From: Gemmatimonadales bacterium
Lineage (GTDB): Bacteria; Gemmatimonadota; Gemmatimonadetes; Gemmatimonadales; GWC2-71-9
Reading direction: 5' to 3'
DNA: 60,796 nt
Assembly: GCA_035549935.1 (NCBI GenBank)
Contig: DASZPT010000089.1
Coordinates: forward strand, 1 to 60,796
A program made the position numbers and the translations under genes. Position 1 is the stretch's first letter. Every line of letters starts with the position of its first letter. This document shows, in pieces, positions 51,948-60,796 of this stretch. The notes under the pieces were generated by a model. That model ran no database searches, was not told the DNA's origin, and saw only the letters and a program-made list of their open reading frames with translations.

Positions 51948-53116
51948 CCACCCCGGCCACGGATCCGCTGGTCGCGCGGATCCGCTCTGGGGCCGGCAGC
52001 GCTCCCGCGGGAGCGACTCTCGAGACGATCGAGACCCCTGCCGCCGTCGTCGACCTGCCCCGCCTCGCCGCCAACCTCCGCCGCACCGCCGGCTACTGCC
52101 GGGATCACGGGCTGGCCTACCGTCCCCACACCAAGACCCACAAGTCCCCGCTCCTCGGCGCGGCCCAGCTCGAGGCCGGGGCGCACGGGCTGACCGTCGC
52201 GACCCTCCGCGAGGCCGAGGTGATGGCGGAGGTGTGCGATGACCTGCTGCTCGCCTATCCCCAGGTCGGCGAGGCGAAGCTCGCCCGGCTGATGCGGCTC
52301 GCCACGCGGGTCCCGCGGCTCACGGTCGCCTGTGATTCGATGGAGGCGCTCGCCGCCCTCGCCACCGCGGCTACGGCGGCCCGAGCGACCGTCGGCGTGA
52401 TGGTCGAGTGGGATGCCGGCATGGGACGGGTCGGGGTCCAGACCCCGGACGATGCGGTGGCGATCGCGCGGGCAGCGGCCGGAACGGCCCGGCTCCGGTT
52501 CGACGGAGTGATGTTCTATCCCGGCCACATCCGCGAAGGGGGCGAGCCCGGGGTCGCCGCCCTCCGCGCGGTCGGTGAACGCCTCGCGCCACTGCTCGAG
52601 GCGCTCAGCCGGGCGGGGTTCGCGGCCCACGTGGTGAGCGGCGGGTCGACTCCCACCCTCTGGCAGAGCCACCAGCTGCCCGGTCTCACGGAAGTCCGGC
52701 CTGGCACCACGATCTTCAACGACCGCACCACCGCGGCGATCGCCGCCTGCGGGTGGGACGAGTGCGCCTACAGCATCCTCGCGACGGTCGTGAGCACCGC
52801 GGTCCCGGGGCAGGCGGTGATCGATGCGGGATCGAAGGTGCTCGCGAAGGAAGAACTCCGCGGCGCCGGCGGCGGGTATGGCGCCCTGCTCGACCGGGCC
52901 GGGGTGCCGGTGAGCGCGCTGTCCGAGGAGCACGGCACGCTCGACCTCCGGCAGGCCGGGTGGCGCCCCCGGGTGGGTGACCGGGTGCGGGTCGTCCCGA
53001 ATCACGTCTGCGTTTCGGTCAACCTGCAGGAGCACCTCTGGGGGATCGACGCCGAGGGCGGGCTCTGCCGCTGGCCGGTAGCGGCGCGCGGCCGGTTGGA
53101 GGCCGCTCCGCGCTGA
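51944..53116 (+). CDS. PLP-dependent D-serine dehydratase / D-threonine aldolase-like enzyme (alanine-racemase N-terminal fold)
   Basis: TPAAVVDL..L..N......RPHTKTHKSP (PLP Lys); C-terminal ...SEEHG.L.....VGDRVRVVPNHVC. ATGA overlap with the RidA gene. Confidence 0.8.
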   Translation: MTTPATDPLVARIRSGAGSAPAGATLETIETPAAVVDLPRLAANLRRTAGYCRDHGLAYRPHTKTHKSPLLGAAQLEAGAHGLTVATLREAEVMAEVCDDLLLAYPQVGEAKLARLMRLATRVPRLTVACDSMEALAALATAATAARATVGVMVEWDAGMGRVGVQTPDDAVAIARAAAGTARLRFDGVMFYPGHIREGGEPGVAALRAVGERLAPLLEALSRAGFAAHVVSGGSTPTLWQSHQLPGLTEVRPGTTIFNDRTTAAIAACGWDECAYSILATVVSTAVPGQAVIDAGSKVLAKEELRGAGGGYGALLDRAGVPVSALSEEHGTLDLRQAGWRPRVGDRVRVVPNHVCVSVNLQEHLWGIDAEGGLCRWPVAARGRLEAAPR

Positions 53117-53160
53117 CCTTGCATAACCTCCGGCGCGAAGCGAGCTTACTCCTCCCTTTC

Positions 53161-53231
<71 letters not shown>

Positions 53232-53248
53232 CTCACCGATCGAGCCCA

Positions 53249-53274
53249 CCGCCCCGCGCTCCGGGGCGGTTTTT
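53249..53274 (+). terminator. Intrinsic terminator after tRNA-Cys
   Basis: CCGCCCCG (53249-56), loop CGCTC, CGGGGCGG (53262-69), then TTTTT (53270-74). Confidence 0.8.
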
Positions 53275-53477
53275 CATTGTCCGTGCCTCGGCTTGCTTGC
53301 GGTGACCGGTCCGGGGGTGTACGGTTAAGTTGTGTTGTGGAGGGGACTTGCAAGACCTCTTCATCACCCGCCTCGGTTTTCCCCGTCTGTTACTTCCACG
53401 GCCCCCGCGCGGGGTTCCCGGTGTGAAGCGGCGCGACGCACTGCTTCGGCCGGTTCTTTCATGTCCTGGAGAGCAGC

Positions 53478-55046
53478 ATGGCACGCAGGCTCAAGGTCGG
53501 CATTCTGGATCTCGTGGCGAAGCGACCCGGTGAAGGCCTCTACAGCCGGGTCATGAATGCCAATCTCGCGAGCATCATGCCGCAGGTGGTGGGCGTCTGG
53601 TGCGAGGAAGCGGGGCACGAGGTCACCTACATCTGCTACACCGGGACCGAGGATCTGCTGGCGGAGCTGCCGGCCGATCTCGACCTCCTCTTCATCGGGG
53701 CCTTCACCGAGGCGGCGCTGCTGGCGTACGCGCTCAGCAACCTCTTCCGGAGTCGCGGCGCCATCACGGTACTGGGCGGCCCCCATGCGCGCTGCTACCC
53801 CGAGGATGCCAGGAAGTATTTCGACTACGTGGTCGGCTTCACCGACCGCGAGGTCATCGCCGAGGTCCTGGGGGAGTGCGCGCAGCATCGTCCCTACGGG
53901 CGGCACCTCATGGCGCCGCAGCAGCCCCGGGAGCTGCCCACGCTCGCGGCGCGGTGGAAGTTCGTGGAGGCGACGCTCCGGAAGGCGCCCACGGTCAAGT
54001 TCGTCCCGATGATCGGGAGCCTCGGCTGTCCCTATACCTGCAGCTTCTGCATCGACTCGACGGTGGACTACCAGCCGCTCAGCTTCCAGCAGCTGGGAGA
54101 CGATCTCGCCTTCCTCCTCACCAAGATCAAGCGGCCGATCGTGGGATGGCACGACCCGAATTTCGGGGTCCGCTTCGAGGAGTACATGGAGGCGATCGAG
54201 CGCTCGGTGCCCGAGGGGCGCATCCGCCACATCGCCGAAAGCAGCCTGTCGCTCCTCTCGGAACCGCACCTCAAGCGGCTCCGGAAGAACGGGTTCCAGG
54301 CGGCGCTGCCGGGGATCGAGTCGTGGTTCGGCCTCGGGAACAAGTCGAAGACCCGCCGCACCGGACTCGAGAAGGTGCAGCAGATCGCGGAGCACGTGAA
54401 CCTGGTCCTGCGCTACATCCCCTACGTGCAGACCAACTTCGTGCTGGGCCTCGACTCCGACGAGGGGCCCGATCCGTTCGAGCTCACCAAGCGGTTCCTC
54501 GACCTCGTGCCGGGGGCGTTCCCGGCCTACTCGCTCCTCTCCGCCTTCGGGCGGGCGGCGCCGTCGAACCTGGATTACCAGCGGGACGGCCGGATCCTCC
54601 CCTTCCCGTTCCATTTCCTGAATAACAACCACGCGATGAACGTGCGGCCGAAGAACTACCAGTGGAAGGAGTTCTACGACCACCTCATCGACCTGAGCCG
54701 CTACTCGTTCAGCTGGAAGGCGATCGGCCGGCGCTTCGCCGCGACCCCGGCGGCGATCCCGCGGTACATGAACGTGGTGCGGGCGATCTCCTCGGAAGGG
54801 TTCGGCCGGATCAAGTATCACACCAACATCCGCCGCATGCTCGACACCGACCGGAGCCTGCAGGCCTACTTCGATCAGGAGAGCACGGTCCTGCCGGAGT
54901 TCTACCACGCGCGGATCAGGCAGGATCTCGGCCCGATGTACCAGTACCTCCCCGAGGGGTGCATCGAGCACGACCCGTACGCCTACCTCAAGAGCGAGCA
55001 GAACAGCCTGGTCTCGCTCGAGGCGCCGAGCCGGGCGGCGGTGTAG
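53478..55046 (+). CDS. B12-binding-domain radical SAM enzyme
   Basis: The N-terminal Rossmann-like segment resembles a cobalamin-binding domain. Cluster motif GSLGCPYTCSFC (CxxxCxxC). 522 aa. Confidence 0.85.
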   Translation: MARRLKVGILDLVAKRPGEGLYSRVMNANLASIMPQVVGVWCEEAGHEVTYICYTGTEDLLAELPADLDLLFIGAFTEAALLAYALSNLFRSRGAITVLGGPHARCYPEDARKYFDYVVGFTDREVIAEVLGECAQHRPYGRHLMAPQQPRELPTLAARWKFVEATLRKAPTVKFVPMIGSLGCPYTCSFCIDSTVDYQPLSFQQLGDDLAFLLTKIKRPIVGWHDPNFGVRFEEYMEAIERSVPEGRIRHIAESSLSLLSEPHLKRLRKNGFQAALPGIESWFGLGNKSKTRRTGLEKVQQIAEHVNLVLRYIPYVQTNFVLGLDSDEGPDPFELTKRFLDLVPGAFPAYSLLSAFGRAAPSNLDYQRDGRILPFPFHFLNNNHAMNVRPKNYQWKEFYDHLIDLSRYSFSWKAIGRRFAATPAAIPRYMNVVRAISSEGFGRIKYHTNIRRMLDTDRSLQAYFDQESTVLPEFYHARIRQDLGPMYQYLPEGCIEHDPYAYLKSEQNSLVSLEAPSRAAV

Positions 55047-55115
55047 CCGGCGGCGCCGGCCCGCCACTCGCCCAGGGTTCACGGCGCACTGCAGCGCGGG
55101 AGGCGCAGCGATACC

Positions 55116-55151
55116 GAGGGCCGCAGAGGAATCCGCTCCTCTGCGGCCCTC
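55116..55151 (+). terminator. Perfect 15-bp hairpin after the radical SAM gene
   Basis: GAGGGCCGCAGAGGA, loop ATCCGC, TCCTCTGCGGCCCTC. No U-tract. Confidence 0.5.
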
Positions 55152-55240
55152 AGCGCCTCCGTCCTCGGCGGTGAAGCGGTATTCTATATTGTGAGTGTTC
55201 CTTCAGACCGGTCCGCTCTCCCACCCGAGGTCTCCTGCGA

Positions 55241-55699
55241 ATGCCCGTCACCCTCCATGTGAACGGCTCCCCGCGCACCTTCGATGGCGACCCCGCCATG
55301 CCGCTCCTCTGGTATCTGCGCGACGAGCTCGGCCTCACCGGTACCAAGTTCGGCTGCGGCGTCTCCGCCTGTGGTGCATGCACGGTCCACCTGGACGGCC
55401 AGGCGATCCAGAGCTGCGTGACCCCGGTGTCGGCGGCGGGCGGGAAGCGGGTCACCACGATCGAGGGACTCGACCCGAAGGGCGACCACCCGGTTCAGGT
55501 CGCATGGCGGGAGCACAACACCCCGCAGTGCGGCTACTGCCAGAGCGGGCAGATCATGCGGGCCGCGGCCCTCCTCGCCGGCACCCCGCACCCGACCGAC
55601 GCGCAGATCGACGAGGCGATGCAGGGCAACATCTGCCGCTGCGGTACCTACCTCCGTATCCGGGACGCCATCAAGTCCGCGGCGGGGAGGTCGGCATGA
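55241..55699 (+). CDS. [2Fe-2S]-binding small subunit of an IorAB/aldehyde-oxidoreductase-type molybdoenzyme
   Basis: [12 protein letters not shown] and [11 protein letters not shown]...NICRCGTY cluster motifs. Confidence 0.9.
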   Translation: MPVTLHVNGSPRTFDGDPAMPLLWYLRDELGLTGTKFGCGVSACGACTVHLDGQAIQSCVTPVSAAGGKRVTTIEGLDPKGDHPVQVAWREHNTPQCGYCQSGQIMRAAALLAGTPHPTDAQIDEAMQGNICRCGTYLRIRDAIKSAAGRSA

Positions 55700-57963
55700 G
55701 CGCCACGATCGAACGCCGCGAATTCCTCCGGATCATGGGCGCGGGCGGGCTGCTGCTCGCCGTCGGAGCCGAGGGATGCCGCCGGGTGGCGAGCGATGAC
55801 GACCTCACCCGGGAAACCGGCGGGGGCATCACTCCCGTCGCCTACCTCCGGCTCGATCCCTCCGGCACGGTGACGGTGATCTGCCACCGCTCGGAGATGG
55901 GGCAGGGGATCCGCTCGAGCGTCGCGATGATCCTCGCCGACGAAATGGAAGCCGACTGGAAGCGGGTGCGCCTGGAGCAGGCGCTGGGCGATCACAAGGT
56001 CTACGGCAACCAGCTCACCGACGGCTCGACCAGCATCCGGGAACAATTCACGATGCTCCGGCAGGCGGGGGCATCGGTGCGGCAACTCCTCGAGCGCGCG
56101 GCGGCGACCCAGTGGAACGTGCCGGTGGAGGAGGTCCAGGCGCAGTTCCACGAGGTGCTGCACCAGAAGACCGGGCGACGGGTGGGCTACGGCGCGCTGG
56201 TGGCGACCGCCAGGACGCTGCCCGCCGTGCCCGCCGCCGAGGCGAGGCTCAAGGATCCCGCCGCGTTCCGGTACATCGGCAAGGAGATGCCGGGGCTCGA
56301 CCTCCGGGCGATGACCACGGGGACCGCGATCTACGGCCAGGACCTGCGGCACGAGGGGATGCTGATCGCCGTGATCGCGCGGCCGCCGGTCTACGGGGGG
56401 CAGGTCGCGTCGGTCGACAGCGCCGAGGCGGAGAAGGTCCCCGGTGTGGAGCGCATCGTGCGCCTGCCCCGGGCCGAGATTCCCACCGCGTTCAACGCGG
56501 TGGGGGGCGTGGCCGTGGTCGCGAAGAACACCTGGGCCGCGATCCAGGGGCGCAGCAAGCTCAAGATCACCTGGGACGATGGCCCCAACGCCGGCTACGA
56601 CTCGGCGGCGTATCGTGAGGAGCTGACCGGCACCGCGAAGAAGCCGGGCAAGGCGTGGCGCAAGCAGGGCGACGCGAAGGCCGCCATCGCGCGGTCGGCG
56701 ACGAAGGTGTCGGCGGACTACTACATCCCGCACCTGGCGCACGCCCAGATGGAGCCGCCCGCGGCGCTCGCGGTCTATGCCAACGACGCCTTCGAGATCT
56801 GGGCCCCGACCCAGGACCCGCAGGGCGCCCGCGACACCGTCGCCCAGATCCTCAAGGTGCCGGTCGAGAAGGTGACGATGCACGTCACCCTCCTGGGCGG
56901 CGCCTTCGGGCGGAAGGGGAAGGCCGACTTCATCGTCGAGGCGGCGCTGCTCGCGAAGGAGATGAACGGCGCGGTGAAGGTGGTCTGGACCCGTGAGGAC
57001 GACATCCAGCACGGGTACTACCACACGGTGGCGGCGGAACACCTGGAGGCAGGGCTCGACAAGGATGGTCGGGTGACGGGGTGGCTCCACCGGTCGGTGA
57101 TGCCGTCGATCGGCTCCACCTTCGACGGCGTCGCGCGCGACCCGATGCCGGTCGAGATGGGCATGGGGGCGACCGACCTTCCCTTCGGCATCGACAACCT
57201 GCTCACCGAGAGCGGCCCGGTCAGCGCGCACGTGCGGATCGGCTGGTACCGCTCGGTGATCAACATCCCCCACGCCTTCGCGGTGGGCTCCTTCGTCGAC
57301 GAGCTGGCCCGCGCGGCGGGGCGGGACCCGAAGGAGTACTGGCTCGGGCTGCTCGGTCCCGACCGGGTGATCGACCTGCGTCAGGCGGGCATGGTGGGCG
57401 ATCCCTGGAACTACGGCGCCAAGCCCGAGGAACACCCGATCGAGATCGCGCGGTATCGCGGCGTCCTGGAGGCGGTCACGAAGAGCGCCGGATGGGGGGC
57501 GCCGCTGCCGCCCGGGGAGGGACGCGGTCTGTCGGTGCACCGGAGCTTCTGGAGCTACGTCTCCGCGGTGGCGCGGGTGAAGGTGGGCGCCGACGGCGCG
57601 GTGAGCGTCCCGCGGGTGGACGTGGCGATCGACGCCGGCATGGTGGCGAATCCCGAACGGGTGCGGGCCCAGATGGAAGGGGCCACGATCATGGCCCTGG
57701 GCAACACCCTCTACGGGGAGATCACCTTCGCGAAGGGGCGGGTGACTCAGTCGAACTACACCGACTACCACGTCGCTCGCATGGGCGACGCGCCCCGCGA
57801 GATCGTGGTGACGATCATCCCGAGCGACCGGCCCCCGGGCGGCGTGGGTGAGCCGGGCGTGCCGCCCATCGGCGCGGCGATCTGCAACGCGATCTTCGCC
57901 GCGACCGGGAAGCGGATCCGCACGCTGCCCGTCGGCGACCAGCTCAAGCCCACCACGAGCTGA
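55696..57963 (+). CDS. Molybdopterin-binding large subunit (IorB-like) with a Tat signal
   Basis: ATGA overlap with the small subunit. [25 protein letters not shown] carries a twin-arginine motif. About 755 aa; xanthine-dehydrogenase-family blocks ([17 protein letters not shown]). Confidence 0.9.
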   Translation: MSATIERREFLRIMGAGGLLLAVGAEGCRRVASDDDLTRETGGGITPVAYLRLDPSGTVTVICHRSEMGQGIRSSVAMILADEMEADWKRVRLEQALGDHKVYGNQLTDGSTSIREQFTMLRQAGASVRQLLERAAATQWNVPVEEVQAQFHEVLHQKTGRRVGYGALVATARTLPAVPAAEARLKDPAAFRYIGKEMPGLDLRAMTTGTAIYGQDLRHEGMLIAVIARPPVYGGQVASVDSAEAEKVPGVERIVRLPRAEIPTAFNAVGGVAVVAKNTWAAIQGRSKLKITWDDGPNAGYDSAAYREELTGTAKKPGKAWRKQGDAKAAIARSATKVSADYYIPHLAHAQMEPPAALAVYANDAFEIWAPTQDPQGARDTVAQILKVPVEKVTMHVTLLGGAFGRKGKADFIVEAALLAKEMNGAVKVVWTREDDIQHGYYHTVAAEHLEAGLDKDGRVTGWLHRSVMPSIGSTFDGVARDPMPVEMGMGATDLPFGIDNLLTESGPVSAHVRIGWYRSVINIPHAFAVGSFVDELARAAGRDPKEYWLGLLGPDRVIDLRQAGMVGDPWNYGAKPEEHPIEIARYRGVLEAVTKSAGWGAPLPPGEGRGLSVHRSFWSYVSAVARVKVGADGAVSVPRVDVAIDAGMVANPERVRAQMEGATIMALGNTLYGEITFAKGRVTQSNYTDYHVARMGDAPREIVVTIIPSDRPPGGVGEPGVPPIGAAICNAIFAATGKRIRTLPVGDQLKPTTS

Positions 57964-57974
57964 ACCCGAACTCC

Positions 57975-58211
57975 ATGAAGGCCGATGAACTGCGGGCGCT
58001 GCAGGCGCCCATCAAGGACTGCTACCGCGCCGACCCCGGTGCCGCGCTCGTCAGGCTCAGGGCCACCGGGAGCCTCGCCGCCGGCGCCCTGAGCTGCAAG
58101 GTGGAGACGGGCCGGGCCCTCGCCGAGGCGGGGCTCCATCCGGCGAGCGGCGGCGACGGTACTCTCCTCTGCTCCGGCGACATGCTGCTCGAGGCGCTGG
58201 TCGGCCGCTGA
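57975..58211 (+). pseudogene. Truncated OsmC-family gene (N-terminal half only)
   Basis: 78 aa ending ...TLLCSGDMLLEALVGR* just after the first conserved Cys block. The C-terminal half expected in OsmC/Ohr proteins is absent in all frames, and a convergent gene begins 5 nt later. Confidence 0.45.
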
Positions 58212-58215
58212 ACCT

Positions 58216-58755
58216 TCAGCGGGCCGGGCCACGCACCGCGACCAGCCGGTCGCGCTCCGCTTGAAAGCTGCCCCGTACCGTCACCCGCCGTCCTTCGTCA
58301 TCGGGGTTCACGCTCAGGAAGCCGCGGGCGGAGATCTCGAACTCGCCGGTCACCGCCCCATCGGTGCCCACCCCGATCGTCACCCAGCCGGCCTCTCCCT
58401 CGAACCACCCGGTGGGCCGCTCGGGGGATCCTGCCACCAGTGTCGCGTGCAGGACCAGGTCACCGGACGGGGCGGGGTCCCACGACTCTCCGATCCGGTA
58501 CCGCCCCGGGGCGGGGACGCGATCGCCGGGGAGATAAATCATCAGGGACGCGCGGGGATCATTCGCGCCCAGCGAGAGCATGAGCATCGCTCGGCCGTGG
58601 ACCTGCATCGGGACCAGGCCCAGCCGGGCCTCGTTGCCGGCGGTGGCGAGGCTGATGGCCCCCCAGGTGGTGAGGCTGTAGCGGGGGGCGCTGGGCGTGG
58701 GACGGGTGGAAGCCACCAGGGTCAGGACGCCGAGGATCGAGCAGCGGGCGAGCAT
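58216..58755 (-). CDS. Secreted hypothetical protein
   Basis: ATG 58755 with GGAGG upstream; signal-like MLARCSILGVLTLVAS. Confidence 0.6.
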   Translation of the reverse strand: MLARCSILGVLTLVASTRPTPSAPRYSLTTWGAISLATAGNEARLGLVPMQVHGRAMLMLSLGANDPRASLMIYLPGDRVPAPGRYRIGESWDPAPSGDLVLHATLVAGSPERPTGWFEGEAGWVTIGVGTDGAVTGEFEISARGFLSVNPDDEGRRVTVRGSFQAERDRLVAVRGPAR

Positions 58756-58900
58756 GAGAACCTCCGGGATCGGGTGTCGTTGGACCGGTCGGCGTCTTGC
58801 CGGCCGAACCGTCGGACGCCAGTGTATGTGGCGCTCCCACGTACCGATCACGAGATTCTCAAGCAGATGCCAAGTCTCGGCCTGTCGGTGAGTTAGAGGA

Positions 58901-60796
58901 ATGATCCGGATTCAGACGCTGGGTGGCCTCGCCGCGTGGGAGGGCTCGCGGCCCCTCGGGGGCAACGCCCAGCAGCCGCGGCGCCTCGCGCTGCTCGCTG
59001 TGCTGGCGCGGGCCGGGGACCGGGGGGTGAGCCGGGACCGGCTGGCCGCCCTGCTCTGGCCGGATGTGGAGGAGGAGCGGGCTCGGAAGAGCCTCAACCA
59101 GGCGCTCTACGCCCTGCGACAGGAACTGGGCTCCGAACAGGCCATCCTGGGCACACGCGACCTCCGTTTCAATCCCGAGCTGGTCACGGTCGACCTCGCG
59201 GAATTCGAATCGGCCCGGGACTCCGGCGCGCTCGAGGAGGCGGCCCGTCTCTATGCGGGCCCCTTCCTCGGAGACTTCCACCTGGCCGGGGCTCCGGCGT
59301 TCGATCGCTGGGTCGACGACGAGCGGGCGGGACTCGCGGCGGAGTATCGCGCGGTGGTCGAGTCGCTGGCGGCCGCCGCGTCGCGGAAGGACGACCGGAG
59401 CGCCGCGGTGCTCTGGTGGCGCCGCCTCGCCGCCCTCGATCCCACCGACGGCCCCGCCGCGCTCGGCTTGATGCGGGCGCTCGCCGCCGCGGGCGACGCG
59501 CCCGGCGCGCTCCGGCACGCCGCGGTCTTCGGCCGGCTGCGGCGCGAGGAGTATGAACTCCCCGAGGATCCGGCCGTGCAGGCGCTCGCCGAACGGATCC
59601 AGGCCGGCGAGGAGCGGCCGGCGGAGGCCCCGGTGGCGAGTCGCACCCAGCCGGTGCCGGCGGAGCCACCGGGAGATCACCCCGTGCCGGCCGACCTGCC
59701 TCCTCCCGCCGCCCGAGCGGGCCGCTGGCGACGGTACGCCGCCACGGGGATCCTGCTGGTGGCGGCGGTGGTGGTCGTGACCCGGTACGCCGGTGGGCGC
59801 CGGGCGGGATTGGTCGCACCCACGCGCATCGCCGTTCTCCCGTTCGTGAACCAGGGGGACTCGGCCGATGCCTACTTCGCCGACGGGATGACCGACGAGC
59901 TGCGCGGGAAGCTCACCTCCATCCCGGGGCTCGAGGTGGTCGCCGGCCTCAGCTCCAACGAGTATCGCGGCACCGCCAGGCGGCTTCCGGAGATCGCCCG
60001 TGACCTCGGCGTCGGGTATCTCCTCGTCGGCAAGGTCCGATGGCAGCGGGACCCGGCGGGGGTCCACCGGGTCCGGGTGAGCCCGGAACTCATCCGCATC
60101 GAGCCCGGCACGGCGCCGACCACCCGGTGGCAGCAGGCCTTCGATACCACGCTCACCGATGTCTTCCAGGTGCAGGCCGACATCGCCGCGAAGGTGGCGA
60201 CCGCGCTCGATCTCGTCCTGGGAGACAGCACCCGGCGGCGGCTCGATCGCGCCCCGACCGCGAACCTCGCCGCCTACGACGAGTTCCTGAAGGGTGAGGC
60301 AGCCTCGCAGGGGATGAAGGCGGACCAGTCGGGGCTCCGCCGCGCGGTCGAGCACTACGAGCGGGCCGTGGGGCTCGACTCCACCTTCGCACAGGCGTGG
60401 TGCCAGCTGTCGCGGGCCCTCTCCTCGCTGTACTCGAATGGCGTCCCCGATCAGCGCCTCGGCGCGCGGGCCAGGCAGGCGGCGGACCGGGCGCTCGAGC
60501 TCGACGCCGCCGAGCCCCTGGTCTACCTCGCGCTGGGCGACTACTACGAGAGCGTCAATCCGGTGGACAACGCCCGGGCGATGGCCGAGTACGAGCGCGG
60601 CCTCGCGCTCGCGCCGGACCGGGTGGACCTCCTGAGCGCGGCGGTGATGACGGAGACCAGCCTGGGCCGGTGGGACGGCGCCGCGGCCCGCCTGGCGCGG
60701 GCGTCCCGGCTCGATCCGCGCTCGGCCAACGCGGCCAGGCGGGAGGGGACCGTCGACCTCTTCCTCCGCAACTACCCCGCGGCCGACTCGGCGATC
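58901..60796 (+). CDS. SARP/BTAD-type winged-helix regulator with TM, periplasmic TolB-N-like and TPR region (3' end lies outside the window)
   Basis: Not in the ORF track because no stop occurs before the window edge. ATG 58901, then MIRIQTLGGLAAWEG....QPRRLALLAVLA......SRDRLAALLWPD...ERARKSLNQALYALR; BTAD-like LYAGPFLGDF...FDRWV..ER; TM ATGILLVAAVVVV; IAVLPFVNQGDSADAYFADGMTDEL; TPR-like C-terminus. Confidence 0.8.
   Translation, partial: MIRIQTLGGLAAWEGSRPLGGNAQQPRRLALLAVLARAGDRGVSRDRLAALLWPDVEEERARKSLNQALYALRQELGSEQAILGTRDLRFNPELVTVDLAEFESARDSGALEEAARLYAGPFLGDFHLAGAPAFDRWVDDERAGLAAEYRAVVESLAAAASRKDDRSAAVLWWRRLAALDPTDGPAALGLMRALAAAGDAPGALRHAAVFGRLRREEYELPEDPAVQALAERIQAGEERPAEAPVASRTQPVPAEPPGDHPVPADLPPPAARAGRWRRYAATGILLVAAVVVVTRYAGGRRAGLVAPTRIAVLPFVNQGDSADAYFADGMTDELRGKLTSIPGLEVVAGLSSNEYRGTARRLPEIARDLGVGYLLVGKVRWQRDPAGVHRVRVSPELIRIEPGTAPTTRWQQAFDTTLTDVFQVQADIAAKVATALDLVLGDSTRRRLDRAPTANLAAYDEFLKGEAASQGMKADQSGLRRAVEHYERAVGLDSTFAQAWCQLSRALSSLYSNGVPDQRLGARARQAADRALELDAAEPLVYLALGDYYESVNPVDNARAMAEYERGLALAPDRVDLLSAAVMTETSLGRWDGAAARLARASRLDPRSANAARREGTVDLFLRNYPAADSAI

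Noticed and set aside
53232-53477. A RiPP precursor peptide upstream of the B12-radical SAM gene (e.g. the Cys-rich start of ORF 53330-53533, MCCGG...).
   Set aside because: The ORF has no SD, overlaps the radical SAM start out of frame, and has junk-like composition. The spacer is better explained by the tRNA terminator plus a promoter.

Overview
This is a 60.8-kb window of very GC-rich bacterial chromosome. By eye, the gene content suggests a Gemmatimonadota/Acidobacteriota-like diderm (signal peptides ending in A-Q, an ADOP-type duplicated FtsX permease, LVIVD/Big_2 surface proteins); this taxonomic call is inference only. Coding density is high, and many genes are translationally coupled through ATGA/GTGA overlaps. 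I can support about 58 CDS, one tRNA-Cys(GCA), several intrinsic terminators, one ArsR-type operator palindrome and a dispersed hairpin repeat family. Recognisable housekeeping genes include cspA, glnA, pepE, lemA with an M48 peptidase, a RidA-family protein, an MqnA/MqnD-family menaquinone protein, an MCP, and an IorAB-like molybdoenzyme.

Four regions stand out:
1. 18.7-26.4 kb: a tightly coupled operon of CheY, a 1171-aa membrane-anchored HEAT-repeat protein, a processive GT2 synthase and a REC-DHp-pseudoREC protein, preceded by a REC-HD-GYP gene. I read it as a candidate uncharacterised signal-gated exopolysaccharide synthase module.
2. 35.0-39.0 kb: an operon of a PhnW-like aminotransferase, a LicC/PntC-like cytidylyltransferase and two CDP-alcohol phosphatidyltransferases. 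It is consistent with CMP-aminoethylphosphonate (or another amino-alcohol phosphate) activation and transfer, but no PEP mutase or decarboxylase is in the window. It abuts a 39-49 kb glycan cluster with two LtaS/EptA-like sulfatase-fold membrane proteins, one of them degenerate.
3. 8.64-9.44 kb: an 0.8-kb ORF-poor, visibly less GC-rich island. It holds a dense CCACA/TGTGG (DnaA-box-like) palindromic cluster, followed by highly self-complementary sequence that ends in a perfect 15-bp terminator hairpin.
4. Five intergenic hairpin elements built from tandem GTTCCGN heptamers.

All functional calls come from motif recognition by eye. No database searches were run.
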